This document shows, in pieces, positions 11,600 to 25,700 of a DNA stretch of 64,000 bases. Every line of letters begins with the position of its first letter. Position 1 is the stretch's first letter. The translations under genes were made by a program, and so were the position numbers. Source of the stretch: Octopus sinensis (Eukaryota); NCBI RefSeq assembly GCF_006345805.1, contig NC_042998.1, forward strand, positions 27,342,001 to 27,406,000, in the 5' to 3' direction. Under the pieces are notes generated by a model. The model had not been told where the DNA came from. It searched no databases and saw only the letters and a list, made by a program, of their open reading frames with translations.

Positions 11600-13066
11600 G
11601 TTCGACGATTTAAATCTGGGACCCAACCAACAGTCAAAAAACTCTTATGTGAAAAATACAACCAGGATCCGTCAGATGTACTGCCTTCTTCAGTCAAAAG
11701 AGAACCATCTGATACTAAGCCTTCGGAAGAGTCTTTAAGCCTTTCAGCATCTCCCTCAACACATGTCAAGAAAGGACCAAGTGTGACTCGGATTTCACCT
11801 GAAGTCAAAAATCCCGTCATACCTGTTGTAAAGCTAGAAAGTCCTATAAATGATTGGAAATTAAATGCGTGTTTAGCCATACCTAAGGAAATAACTGCTG
11901 CTGCTGTACTTGCCAGTCAATCACCTAGTCCTATCCAACTCGGCCTAGACAAGAAACAATCTGTTAATTATGTGGAAAAGAGTCAAGTTGTGACACTGCC
12001 ATCACCGTCTCCTCCCTCTAATCCTTCCTATGAAAGAATCAGCCCTGTTGATCCAGTCAGTTATGAACCAGACAATTATTCTGTCAAACCAGAAGTATCA
12101 CCATGCAGTGATGTCAGTGACAATAATGATTGTGATAATCAGATAAAAACTCGGCCAGGACCAAGCATACTTGGACCTTTGTTACATAAACAGAAACGAG
12201 GACCTGCTTTTCAGAATCATCACATTCCATCAAGTGGGGTCGCTACAGTTCCTAATGATTCTAGTAGTAGTAGTAAGTGTATTGAAAGTACACCTCCTTG
12301 TAAGGTGCAACTTACTTCCAAAGTAAACACCAACACCAGTGCAACATCTGTAGCTCCAGCCATCTCTTCTAGGTCATCTACAGCTGGTCACTCAGTCCCT
12401 GTTAATCGCATACCTGAAAATGGTCGGTGGCACGTTCCGAAGGTGGCTCATACCCAACCACCTCGAACTCACCGAAACGAGGAATTAAAATCACGTACTG
12501 TACGTCAGACGGTTATTCAACCAACTCCACAAAGCCCTCCAAATCATTTGCTGTCCCTTGCATCTCCATTGACCAAATATAGTCGCCCACGACTTGAAGA
12601 CTCTCTACCTCAGCCTGCTCATACCAACCATATGAAAAGAGCTCGTACCTATTCTAACTGTTCCTATAACCTTATGTCACCAATTACAGCTCACATTTCA
12701 AAAACTTCTAGCAATAATATGGTATATTCTACTGTTCATAGCATGGATACTAACTCACCATATTATATTCCTCCTCCTCCTCCTCCTCCCAAGAGACAAA
12801 AACTGTCAAGCAGTCACACATCATCATATTTGGACACTGTACATAGACCAAATGACATACAATCAGAACCAACAGATTTATCTATGAAAACATTGAAAAA
12901 AGTTGTAAATGGAAGGATGAGTTACAAAAATTCTTCAAAAGATTATTCAAGAAATGATATTAATGATTCTATGCCTAGCATGTCATTTGGATCTTCTTCG
13001 TCTCCAACTAGGGATCTTCAAACTCCTCTTGATATGACTACAAGCTCAAAGAAATACAATGTAAAG
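11600..13066 (+). CDS. ARID5B: ARID5 large exon, Ser/Pro/Thr-rich low-complexity region with PTDLS motif
   Basis: tatttttAG acceptor at 11598-11599; open frame contains the 458-aa ORF 11783-13159; phase-0 donor GTTAGC at 13067 (alternative GTAAAG at 13061). Confidence 0.9.
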
Positions 13067-13957
13067 GTTAGCTTATATTTCTTACGTATTTTTTGGTTTA
13101 AACTATTCATTTTAGATATGCTTGGTTTAAGTTTGATCCCTAACAGTTTTATTGTATGAAAATGTTTATATGTTAAACAGGAATGTATATGATTTGCATA
13201 TCATATATTGCAACACCTGTTTTCAAAGCTGCCATTAATCGCTCTCTCCTCCACACATTTTTCTCTTTCAATCGTTCTCATCTCTCTTCATATACCTTTG
13301 TAATTTATTTCCTCTTGTACTTTCTCTCTCTCTCTCTCTGCTTATCTAGCTGTCTCCCTAACTCTCCCAAATATGGTTTTTCTACACTTAACCAGACTGG
13401 CTGAGCTCTTAAATTACTGGATTCATGAAACATTCATTAAATAGCAGCTTAAATCTTGCTATAAATTGGCTTCTTCTTTTCAATGTTACATGTCCAGTTT
13501 GTCTATTTAACCACTGTTAAGTACCAACTGAATCTTGTCAAGTTAAAAAAAAGCATTTTAAATATTTACTCAAATCAGAAAATATGTGCGTGTACATATA
13601 ATTGATCACACAAAAATATATTTTTCTGAAAGATATTCAAAATATAAAGGTTACTTTGCAAGGAAATTTTTTAAAATTCAATTAATCTTCAGATTTCACT
13701 GATAACCAAATGATTTAGATTATTTAAGCAAATTAGTAAACATTAATACTAAATTAGTATACATTAGTAGAAAAATATTTTTGGTTTAAATTTTGAATTT
13801 GTCATCATCATCATATTTGATGTTCTATGCTGGCATTGTTTAGACAGTTTGACAGGAGCTGGTAAGGCCAGGGGTCACACCAAATTCCACTGTTTTGGTA
13901 AGGTTTCTGCAGTTGGATGCCCTTCCTAACGACAACTAGTTTCCAGAATGTACTGGA

Positions 13958-14472
13958 TGCTTTTTACATGGTGCCAGCACCCATGCTTTTTACATGGCGC
14001 CAGCACCCGTGATTTTTACATGGCGCCAGCACCCGTGATTTTTACATGGTGCCAGCCCCTGTGCTTTTTACACGGTGCCAGCACCCATGCTTTTTACATG
14101 GCGCCAGCACCCGTACTTTTTATACAGTGCCAGTCCATGTGCTTTTTACACGGTGCCAGCCCATGTGCTTTTTATATGGTGCCAGCCCATGTGCTTTTTA
14201 CATGGTGCCAGCCCCTGTGCTTTTTACATGGTGCCAGCCCCTGTGCTTTTTACATGGTGCCAGCCCCTGTGCTTTTTACATGACACCAGCACCCATGCTT
14301 TTTACATGGCGCCAGCACCCGTGCTTTTTACACAGTGCCAGTCCATGTGCTTTTTACACAGTGCCAGCCCATGTGCTTTTTACACGGTGCCAGGACTTGT
14401 GCTTTTTACATGACACCAGCACCCATGCTTTTTACATGGCTCCAGCACCCATACCTTTTACATAGCACTAGC
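13958..14472. repeat. 26-bp minisatellite (~20 copies) expanded inside a SINE-like repeat
   Basis: Unit TTTTTACATGGTGCCAGCCCCTGTGC, period 26 (14221 to 14247); explains the overlapping ORFs 13948-14547. Confidence 0.92.
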
Positions 14473-15641
14473 CCCTATTTGTATAAATATGTTTTTGGTT
14501 TAAGATTCAAATTATTAGATATATTTTTGATTTTTGTTAGACATTGATATCTTGCTTATTCAATAAGCCAACTGCTTTGCCTCAAGATGAGGAACCAAAC
14601 AGTTTTCTCCTCCCCTATTTGGAGCATTTTCACATCTAATTAAATTGTTTCTTAAAAAATTAAAACTGATATTTGTGAACTTAGTAATTAAATTTCTTTT
14701 GCAATAAAAATATTAGGAATAATGGCATCTTGAAGAACTTTTAGTTTAATGCATTGTCCTCAGTACTTAGATTTTTAAACCCTCATTCTATCGGTCTTTT
14801 GTTGTCAGACTGCTATGTTAGGGGGTGACATATGCACAAGCAGTGGTGGAAGACAGACAGACAGATGCACACATTTATATACATGATAAATTTCTTTCAG
14901 CTTCTGTCTACCAAATCCACTTGTGAAGCTTTGGTCAGCCCATGGCTATCATAGAAGACACTTGCCCAAGATGCCATGCAGTGGGACTGAACCCAGAACC
15001 ATGTGGTTGGGAAGCAAGCTTCTTACCACACAGCCACACCTGTGCCTATGTTACGGCATAGGTTATCATTATTTTTCCCATTGCTGTTGTTGGTCTGTCT
15101 TTAACCCTTTAGTGTTCGCATTATTCTGCCAAAATTAATGCTTTTTCATCCACTTTGTTTTGAACTAATCAAGCATTATTTTGTAGCTATGAGATTTTGA
15201 TGAGGTAGCTGTTAATTTTTAAAACGATATTGTAGGGTTGGTGTGAGAGACCAGATCTCACCAGTTTGAACATAAAACAGGTAGAATACCTCTGGCCGGA
15301 TATGGCTGATTTAAATGCTAAAGGGTTAAAGAAGACCTTAGTCAAAATATTTCTACAGCTATTAATATGTTAAGAACACTCAAAACTCTAGGTAGAGGCT
15401 ATTATTAAACCCCACTACCACCACCAACAGTCATTGCTTTACTTTTGATTCAGTGTATTGATAATCATAACTGTACTTCCATTACAAATTGACACGAGAG
15501 CTTTTCCATTCCTTATATGTTATTGTTTTTACGTGTTGCTAAAAACTTGTTTAGGTAAGCCTAAGCTCAACTCTCTACCATTTTTGCAAGGAAAATGAGT
15601 TTTTTGTTAGTTTCATAATTCTGTCACATTTTTTCTCAGCA

Positions 15642-16029
15642 TCTCTCTCTATATAAACGGCAGTTTGTCTGTGCGTGTTTCTGTGTGTCTGTTTGCTTGT
15701 ACCCTCACCCTGACCACGGCTTTCAACCGATTCTGATGAAACTTGACACACACATAGCCCAATGTCATAATTCAAAACTAACGCAGCGAAAATTTTGAAA
15801 AGTTCCCCCAGTTCTGAAAAAAATCGATAAATTCGACATGGGGTCGAGAATCAGGAACACAAACCACAAACTGTGTAGGGGACGCAACTCAACCTTTTTT
15901 AACTATCAAAAAAAAATTTACCATAATTTTTTTTCCATTTTTTTTTGCTGTTTTTTGGCTATAACTCTCTAAAAATGCTTTATAGTTATTTCCCTTACAA
16001 ACCTGAGCAACGCCGGGCGATACTGCTAG
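15642..16029 (+). mobile_element. Non-autonomous Helitron
   Basis: A|TC 5' end, 3' GC-rich hairpin (cctgagcaacgccggg) then CTAG|T. Confidence 0.7.
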
Positions 16030-16659
16030 TGTACTAATAAGTTCATGGAGCACTAAGTCTTCTGTGCTTTCTCCATGGACACCACTATCCTTTCTACTAT
16101 AAGCACAAGGCCTGAAATTTTGTGGGGTGGGAGGAGGCTAGTCGATTATATCGACCCCAGTAAGTAAGGCGGCGAGCTGGCAGAAACGTTAGCACACCGG
16201 GCGAAATGCGTAGCCGTATTCCGTCTGTCATTACGTTCTGTGTTCAAATTCCGACGAGGTCGACTTTGCCTTTCATCCTCTCGGGGTCGATAAATAAAGT
16301 ACCAGTTTCGCACTGGGTCGATGTAATCGACTTAATCCCTTTATCTGTCCTTGTTTGTCCTCTCTATGTTTAGCCCCTTGTGGGTAGTAAAGAAATATAT
16401 ATCGACCCCAGTATTCAACTGGTACTTATTTTATCGACCCCAAAATGATGAAAGGCAAGTAAAAATGTAAAGTGAGAAAAAAATATTGGATACAATATAA
16501 TTATAGGATGCAAATGGCATCTATGCTGTCATAGTCTAATGTATTCATTGGGCCCCATGGTGTATTTTTATGTACGTGCCCAGGTACATTTTACTACCAT
16601 TTTATTCTTTTGGATTTTGCAATTCCATGAGATGCATCTTAAGTTACTTGCTCTCTCTT

Positions 16660-17045
16660 TTCTCTCTTTTTACTTGTTTCAGTCATGTGACTGTAGCCAT
16701 GCTGGAGCACTGCCATTAGTCGAGCGAATCGACCCCAGGATTTATTCTTTGTAATCCTAGTACTTATTCTATCGGTCTCTTTTGCAGAACCGCTAAGTTA
16801 CGGGGATGTAAACACACCAGCATCGGTTGTCAAGCGATGTTGGAGGGACAAACACAGACACACATATACACACACACACACATATACGACGGGCTTCTTT
16901 CAGTTTCCGTCTACCAAATCCACTTATAAAGCTTTGATCGGCCCGAGGCTATAGTAGAAGACACTTGCCCAAGGTGCCATGCAGTGAGACTGAACCTGGA
17001 ACCATGTGGTTCGTAAGCAAGCTACTTACCACGCAGCCACTCCTA
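16660..17045 (-). mobile_element. ~400-bp tRNA/CORE-like SINE (family B)
   Basis: Homologous to 43256-43660 and 34085-34490; ccttgggcaagtgtctt CORE-like motif and internal (CA/TA)n. Confidence 0.8.
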
Positions 17046-18412
17046 CACTTGTCTAGCAAAATAGTTATTCTAGGTAAGAATTGGTGTGTAGTAGAGAAGG
17101 CTCTTAGTCTTCTTACATGAGACAAATCTCTTGATGGTGGAAGTACAATAAACTGGACCCTATACGCTCAAAATGTTTTGTGATAGGAAGATTATTCAGC
17201 CACGGAAACCAAACTGTTTCTGCAAGTTGCTTCACAAGTTTCCTGTCGCATAAAGCAAGAACTGAGAGAAAGGGTCTCTAACCTTGTATCACTTGTCCCT
17301 ACTTGGAACAACCTCTCTAATTTGAGGGGCATGATAAAATACTCGGTGAGCTGGCAGTCATTAGCACGCCGGGCGAAATGCTTAGCGATATTTCGTCTGC
17401 CACTAATCTCTGAGTTCAAATTCCACTGAGGTCGACTTTGCCTTTCATCCTTTCGAGGTTGATAAATTAAGTACTAGTTGAGTACTGGGGTCGATGTTAT
17501 TTACTTACTCCTTCCCCAAAAATTTCAGGCTTTGTGCCTATAGTAGAAAAGAAAATAAATGATAAAATACTCTCAGCTCATATAATAGTAAGACTTACTA
17601 AAAAAACCCAGAGTTGACCAGTTCTTGCTATTTTTGGATGGTCCTAAATGGTGCAGATCAAGTCAAAACCCAATGTATGCCAGATTAGCCAATTACAAAA
17701 AGCTTTACATTAGTGGTTCTCTCAACCTTTTTTAATATCCAGGCCAGATCCAAAAACCTAGGTTTAAAATTTTTTTTATTAGGGTCCACACCAAAAAAAA
17801 AGTAATACACATGTCAATTAAAGAAAAAGGCACCTGTGCCAGTGACACATAAAAGGCACCCACTACACTCTTAGAGTGGTTGGTGTTAGGAAGGGCATCT
17901 AGCTGTAGAAACTATGCCGAACCTGGTGCACCTCTCCATCTTATCAGTTCCAGTCAAACCAGCCAACCCATGCCAGCATGATAATAATTTATAGAGGGAA
18001 ATAGGCGGTGAGCTGGCAGAAACATTATTATGCTGGGCGAAATGCGTAGCTGTATTTCGTCTGCCGTTACGTTCTGAGTTCAAATTCCGCCGAGGTCGAC
18101 TTTGCCTTTCATCCTTTCGGGGTCGATTAAATAAGTACCAGTTACACACTTGGGTCAATTAAATAAGTACCAGTTATGCATTGGGGTCGATGTAATCAAC
18201 TTAATCCATTTGTCCCCTCTGTGTTTAGTCCCTTGTGGGTAGTAAAGAAATAAATGATTTGTAGAGGGAAGACCATCAGGGGCTGCATGCACCCCGAGAA
18301 TCTCTGTCAAGATCTACTTTTGACATAAATCTTAACTCAATTTTAGTAAATGCAAATTAGATACATTTTTCAAGAAAAGTTCGTTTTTTTTTTTTAAAGA
18401 GAAATAATACTC

Positions 18413-18870
18413 TAACTATTTTGTTACCAACCCGGCTGAAACCGGCTCTGAGTATAAATGTCTTGTTTTCATAAGTTAGGAATTAAAATCTTCCGCCAAA
18501 CCTTAGTCACAATTTATGTTCCTAACACCAGCTGAATGATAACCAAGTTATTTTACTAAATTCTTTGTTATATTTAAAATTAATTGAAAGAAACACGGAG
18601 CATCTCAACAGAAATATGGTAACAAAAGGGTTAACAAATGATTAATTTAACTCTTTTGATACCAACCTGTCTGAAACCACCTCTGGCTCTGTTGTACAAA
18701 TGTCTTGTTTTCAAAAGTTCTAAATTAAAATCTTCCACCAAACCTTAGTCACAATTTATGTTCCTAACACTAGCTGAATGATAACTAAGTTATTTTATTA
18801 AATTCTTTGTTATATTTAAAATAATTGAAAGAAACACAGATTATCTCAAAATAAATACAGTAATTTAATT
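18413..18870. mobile_element. piggyBac-like MITE dimer
   Basis: Same sequence as 8839-9493, with an identical TTAA-CAAATGATTAAT-TTAA junction at 18631-18650. Confidence 0.7.
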
Positions 18871-18887
18871 AAATTTTTTTTTTTTTT

Positions 18888-19210
18888 GGCTCAAAAAGCA
18901 AATGCAAGGCCATGTAGGGGGACAGGGAGTTATGTACAGAGAGGGTGGTCATACAAAGAGTTCAAGCCATTTCTGGTCAAGAGAGACTTTGAACCGAGCG
19001 GTCGTCCGCATCTTCACTATCTCGTCAGGCAGCTTATTCCACGGATCCGCAACCCGGACGGAGAAAGCCCATCTCTTTCGATTGAGATGAAATCGTCATA
19101 GATAGAGCTTTTCGGAGTGACCCTGCAGCCCACGCTCTGGAGCAGGAGTGAAGAACAGTTCTTCCGAGAGGTTACACTTTCCGCTTATGATGTTGGGTTA
19201 ATGAAAGGGT
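18888..19210 (-). mobile_element. CR1-clade LINE 3' end
   Basis: - strand reads FFTPAPERGLQGHSEKLYL*RFHLNRKRWAFSVRVADPWNKLPDEIVK...FKVSLDQKW, the RGH/FSxRV/WNxLP C-terminal motif of CR1/L2 ORF2. Confidence 0.8.
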
Positions 19211-19331
19211 TAATCAAAATGTTTTTGTTTTTGTTAGTCAACAAAAATAATTATTTGCATTTTCAGTTTTGTTTAATTGTTGAGGATTTTGGCTTATTTC
19301 TCTTTCTCTCGCTCTCTCTTTTTTTAAACAG

Positions 19332-19790
19332 GTATCCGGCAATATGTCATCAAATAAAAACTCTTCGTCACCATCAGAATTGAATGCATCTGCTTTAAGT
19401 TCATCTAACTCTTACCTAGCGGGATTAAACTTACCTGCCCAGTCAGTACATCCAGCCTTCCCACAGCCCCTTCAGCCCGCACATTTGATGCGAGGTGGGA
19501 TGATCTCTTCAACACATATGCAACGAATGCTGGAAGTGCAACGTTTTCCTCCACCAATTCCACAGCAGCAGCAGCCACAGCAGCAGCAACAACCTCCTCC
19601 GCCCCCTCCACCATCACTGCCACCGGCACACCCCACTCACAGGCTCGATTACAGGCCACCGAAAGACTTCTATTCATTACCTTCCTCCCTTATACTAAGT
19701 CATCCGCCTCCACCACCACCGCCGCCACCTGCATTCCCACCTTTCTATCAAAACAGACAAAATTTGAAACACTTTGTCCACCCCAAGTAG
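19332..19790 (+). CDS. ARID5B: ARID5 terminal coding exon, Pro/Gln-rich C-terminus ending LKHFVHPK*
   Basis: Long pyrimidine tract + aaacAG acceptor (19330-19331), phase 0, in frame with ORF 19344-19790; TAG at 19788-19790. Confidence 0.85.
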   Translation, partial: VSGNMSSNKNSSSPSELNASALSSSNSYLAGLNLPAQSVHPAFPQPLQPAHLMRGGMISSTHMQRMLEVQRFPPPIPQQQQPQQQQQPPPPPPPSLPPAHPTHRLDYRPPKDFYSLPSSLILSHPPPPPPPPPAFPPFYQNRQNLKHFVHPK

Positions 19791-22700
19791 TGAAGAATAT
19801 TAGGGTTTCTTTTTTTTTTTTTTTTTTCCCCCCTTTCAAAATATCAATTCAAAGACTTGCGTGAGAGCATTAACAATTTTGTCTAGAACTACAAAAACAC
19901 TCCAAAGTTACTTGAAAAAAAAAAAAAAAGGAAAAATTCTAAGGTGGTTGGAAAATTTAGCTATTCCTATTTTTCAAAAAAAAATAATATTAAATTCACA
20001 AAATTTTATTAGGAATCAATTGAAATTTGATAATGACTTGTGCTAAAAATATATTTAACTCTCTTTTTGCCTTATGAGTTACAATACCATTTTGATTCCA
20101 TTGTTTTATTGATCCATAAAATTTTCAATAACAGTCTGCTTCTTGTTAGACATTTCTTGATTGTTTCCTGCTTAAAGCTAGGAAGTTGCCAAAGTCAAAT
20201 TTCCATTTTTTTTTTTTTTACTTTTGTTACTAAAGGATAAAGATTTTCCCCTAAATTTCTTTGGTAGTCTGTTTTCTTGAGTATTATCTCAAAATAATGT
20301 TTTATATTTATATAGAAAAAGCTCTACAGAAGGTATCACACAAGAAACTGTGCATGCCATTTAAGGTAATTTTGTGTTAATTGCACATTGAAGTTAGTAG
20401 ATTAAATGTAATAAGTATTCAAACCTAACGACGTACGGATGATTTTGATCTCTTAGAATATTGCATTTACGTAGATGTCCAGGCAGTAGTCACTTTCTAT
20501 TTCCTACCTTTATTCTAATTTATTATTTATTATTATTTAATTTTATTTATTTATTGTGAATATACACACACACATACACACACACACAAACACCACACAC
20601 ACAGAAGAAAAAAATTTTTAATATGTAAAAAAAAAAAAGTGATGAGTTAGTCTTATTGGCTTCTAGTTGTAATTTTGATAAACCTATTCTTGGAAACTAG
20701 GCATTACTCATTTTTGAGTCTCTCTCTTTCTTTCTCATATGTCCTTTGTGTCTACATTCTGCATTCAAACCCAAATTAGTTCTACAGAAAAAAAAAAATT
20801 TAATTCTTCAATTTAGACCGCATACATATATATATACAAAATTTAGAGGACTGCCCACTAAAAAAATGGACAGCCTATATGCTAGATATAGATGTCAAAA
20901 TCGCCATTTTGTATGTAAAAAAATTTTTAATCTTCAGATTTTTAAAAAATATGCTAGGCCACTGGTTTTAATTAATTATCAATTTCTACCCTTATTTAAT
21001 TATAATGATAAGGAATCTGGAGACTGGTACATCCTCAAAATTTAATTCCTTTTGTTTTATAATGTCATGCATCATATTTTTATGGTTATGATGACCTACA
21101 CATATATATCCCTCTAAGCTTATATATATATATATATATATATGCTTTAAACAATCCATACAAATTGATCTTGGGACAGAGGAATGAACAGACAGCAGAA
21201 ATCAATGACTATATATATAAATTTGTAAACAACCCTCTTCTATCAAGGAGCATACAACTCTGCTAGGATTTAAAAAAAGGAAGATTTCTCCAGGATGTAG
21301 ACACAAAGTAGCTTATTTGACTGCCAAATTTGAGTCAGTGGTTGTAGCATTGTAGTTAGTGCTGAAAGTATTTTAGTTACCTGTAAACAGATCTTTGCCT
21401 AAGCTTTTAAAACGTTTTTTACCTGTTTCTTTTTTGATTGATATCAATTTAAAGAATTGATTTAAAACTCCTTTTTTTCCCCCTCAAATACGATTAGGCA
21501 AATTTTAAAACAGATATAACAATCTCTAAGGGCATACTTAGAAGGGTTTGGAAATAAGTCTTTGTTTTTTTTTTTGGTGGGGTGGTCCTCTTTTCGTTAC
21601 ACTCTTTTGATGATCTTTAGAGTTTAGTATCAATAATTTGAGATTTTATTAATGGAAAAATTAAATTTAGAATTAAGTGGATTTAATTTTAAGGAAAACA
21701 ACATTTTTTAAATTTCATGTATTTTAGTTGATTGAAATAGACAATTTATTGATAGGAAATGAGTTACCATAAAACTACCTGTAATTTCCATTATTTCATG
21801 GAATTTTTCAGCAAAAACAATATTTTAAAGAAATTTCCCAAAACATTTCTATTTACTTTTTTGGGCTATGATTTTAAAAGTTTTGTTTATTTTTTTACAG
21901 ATTCATTCATTATTAGTGCCTTATGTAAGGGATCAGAAATATGCTTATATTATTCCTTCCTGGAATATCAGAATTGCATATCTTGGAAAACAAATAAATA
22001 AAATTGGAAAAATTGAAAATAACTCAGTATGAAGTTGTTTAATTAGTATATTTAAAACAATTTTATTTAAACAATTATAGGGCTATCTGTTAATTTAGAT
22101 GTCATTTTTTTTTTTAATTAACATGATTATAAAAACCAAAAAACACTAACAGAAAACAAATTCCTAGAATCAATTTTGTTGAATTTTCCTTCATTACTGA
22201 ATTTGATTTATTCATATTATAATTAATTATTTAGGTGTATATTGATTTGAGAACTATACAGTTAGTGTAGTGAGAAATTTTACTGAAAATTTTACTCAAC
22301 TAATTTATAAGATATCCAGATGAATCAACCAAATTAAAGGCTTATTGCTTTAAAATTCAAATGGGAAATTTTTTTTTTTTTTTTTTTAGTATTTAATTTT
22401 GCTTTTTTTATTGTTAATCCACAATAATTTGTTTTACAGTTAGTTCATTCATTCTTCTCTCTTAGTTTTGAATAGCTCAGTATATAATAAGCTAGACTGT
22501 TCGCTAATTTTACTTGCCGTATACTAATGTTTCCATATTTACAAAATAATGGTAGATAGTATTCACATCAATTGAAACATTATTGGTTTAAAAGCAATTT
22601 TGATTCAAAATTGGGTCTTTTTTTTTTCTCCTCTCTCTCTCTCTTTCTCTCCCCCACACATAGTGTTCAAGCACTTATTTTGTGGTGTTTTTAATTTAAA

Positions 22701-25700
22701 CATTTAATAAGAGTGCAGAAAATTATTAGTACGGCACTCTTATCCCTACTTGCATAACTCATCAAGTGAGGGATGTTTGTGCCTTCTTTTTCTTTTTAAA
22801 TCGACAGTTTTATATTCTGTCTTTGTCCATAACTAATCAATCAAACCATGTTTGTGCCTTGTCATAAAAATAAGAGTTGATGAGATAAATTACCGTTCAT
22901 GACTTTTATTTCTTGATATCAGCTGGTAAGTAGTTTATGCCGGCCTTTCAGATTCTGGTTCAAAAATCTGAATACATGAAGTATATATGAGAATTTAGAA
23001 TTGTAAAAAGTTTGAATTGGGTTTGTATACATATGGATATTTCAACTAAATATATCTATTGTGTACACAACTAGGAAGATCTAAAATACTTAGGTAAAAA
23101 TATCCGTTAATCTTTTTCATTTTCTAATTCATTTTAGTGATTTTATTCTCAGGTGTTGGGCATACATTTTTCCATGTTTGACAGTGGAGTACAACTGCGC
23201 ACATGCATGTACACACATGCACATCCAGACGCATTCATATAAATATAGCTGAAAATATTGCATGTACCATAAATTTCTGATATTCTAAGTTAGCTTTTTA
23301 CATTATCTACCTGTTCAATTATGACAGAAATCTGAGGTGATCAGCTACCTGCGCGTGCATCACCAATATTAGGGCTGCAAAGCTAACACTTCACTGGAAA
23401 TGATCTGCTGTCTAAATGGGATTCTGTTTAATTATTAAACAACTGAGAATTTTACATCTGTTATTAAATTAAATAGTATTAATTTTACATTGTAGTTTGT
23501 CTTGATTCACTATATAAAAATAAAAATAAGTATTGCCATTTTCTCCTGGCGTTTGCTGAATCAGATAAAAAAAAAAAATGAAGTGATTTTTGCTGACATT
23601 TGAAAAGTTTTAAAAATATTTCTATGGGGAAATATCCTGCTTATGTTGCTTAAAATCATAATTATTTCAAGGGTCTTGCAATTCAAGATTATAAAAATAA
23701 TTATAGAATAAATCCAATTTGTTTTTAGTCAATTCAAATTTACTTATACAATTCTAAAATATCTGTGAGAATATGATCAGAATTTTTCATGTTTGCATTT
23801 TCATTGAGTGAAATATGATACTCTTTATACAAATGTGTACATTTAGATAACGCTGTAAATGTTCTTATTGCTTTATGGTGAGAAAAACCGAACTCATTGC
23901 AGGTGTTTGAGTAATTTATCAATTACTTACATGAATCTATGAAACAAAAAAAAAAACGTTTTCAGTTTTTCATTATTCATACAATATTGTTTTAAATATT
24001 GCTTTTTGGCTCTGACATTAAAGGTACATGTCATGTGACTTAAAGCTAAACTGGGGTACCATACAGACTTAAATCAATGACTTGCATCTTGGTGGACACT
24101 ATTCGGGAACTAGTTTCAATTTTTTTTTTAATTTCAGATATTATTATTATTATTATTATTATTATTAAGGCTAATGCATATATATATGAAATTATTGCCA
24201 ATTCTTTTGATAATTGTCTTCAAATGCATCATATATTTCACTTTAATCTTGAAGCTTTAGTGCTATAGAATCTTCTTTTTTCCAAAGCAGTTCCACACAA
24301 AAAGAAAAATATATTAAAAAAATGTGGACTGATGGGTGTATTATGTTAATAATAATTAGTTATTTCATTTTTCAGACTAGGCTTCATGCATATTGACACG
24401 CTCATGTGACTTATTTGAGTATTCTGCATGTGTAAATAGTTAGCATAATTTTCTGTGTATCTTTTTACTTTTATTTTTAAACTAGCAATTTTGGAAAAAT
24501 TTCAATTTCATATTCAAGGATGGAAGCTTTTTGAACACTTGGTTAAAAAAAAAAAAATGATTGAATGAATGCTTTTTGTAAGTGTGTTTTTTTTTTTATT
24601 AAAAAAAAACATTTCTTTTTATAGAATTTTGTCTGTGTGAGTGTGAGAGTTCTTTCTATTCACCAATTCAAATTCAAAATGATAATCAACAAAATAACGT
24701 TCACATGAAAATTAAAAAAAAGGGATTGGTCAGAACTATTTTGGGTTATTTGGTTATTCACTTATTGGTCAAAATTGTTGGCTGAACCACATTGTGAAAT
24801 TTAGAAAATATATAATTTGAAAAATACCATCTTTTAAACGCTTCCCTTCCCGTCTTCATTTTGTTTTTCAATCCGTGATTAATTTTTTTGTTACCGCTTT
24901 ACCCTGATGGTCATTTTCATTGTTTTGTTTTATGCAGTTTAAGAAACTGTTAAGTTAACAGTTTGTTAAATATAGTTCATATATTCATTCTGTTTTCTAT
25001 AATATTCTTGTTTTATTTTTAATTTTATTTAAAATTCTAGTTTTTATTTTTTTTTTTGGCCATTGTCACATTACAGTTGTTTCTTTGTTTTTTTTTGTTT
25101 TTTTTTTTATTAAATTCTTTCTTTCAAGTTTATCAAATATGTATTGAACTATAAGTTGCTGGATTTAGTATTGATGGTGCTTCAATTTAAGAGTAGGTCA
25201 TTTACCAAATTTTATATTTTTTTTTCATGAATCATTATTTAAATAATTTTGGAGAATGTATTAGATTTCCACAGATTACAAGATAATTTGTATGTGTGCA
25301 TATATATATATATATATGAGTGTGCACGTGGATATGTCTGTATATATTTGAGTGTGCACGTGGATATGCCTGTATAAATTTATGCGCGCGCGCGTGTGTG
25401 TTAATATATATATATATCTACTAATGGAACAAAGCAAACAAGAGAAACGTGCGGTATTTCTGTTTCATATCATTTCTCGGACTAGTACCTTTGGTTTCAC
25501 AGATATTACAAATAATTCTTATATTTTCATTGTAAAAGGACACAGTCTTGTGAATTCATATAAGATATTTCTTTATTGTAAATTATTCTACTTTAAGATC
25601 TTATTCTCTAACTTTGACTGCTATTTGACCATTTTTGTTTTTATCCTAAAAATCCAGCATCAATTTGTACAGTTGGTTAGACACATGGATGTATATTTTA

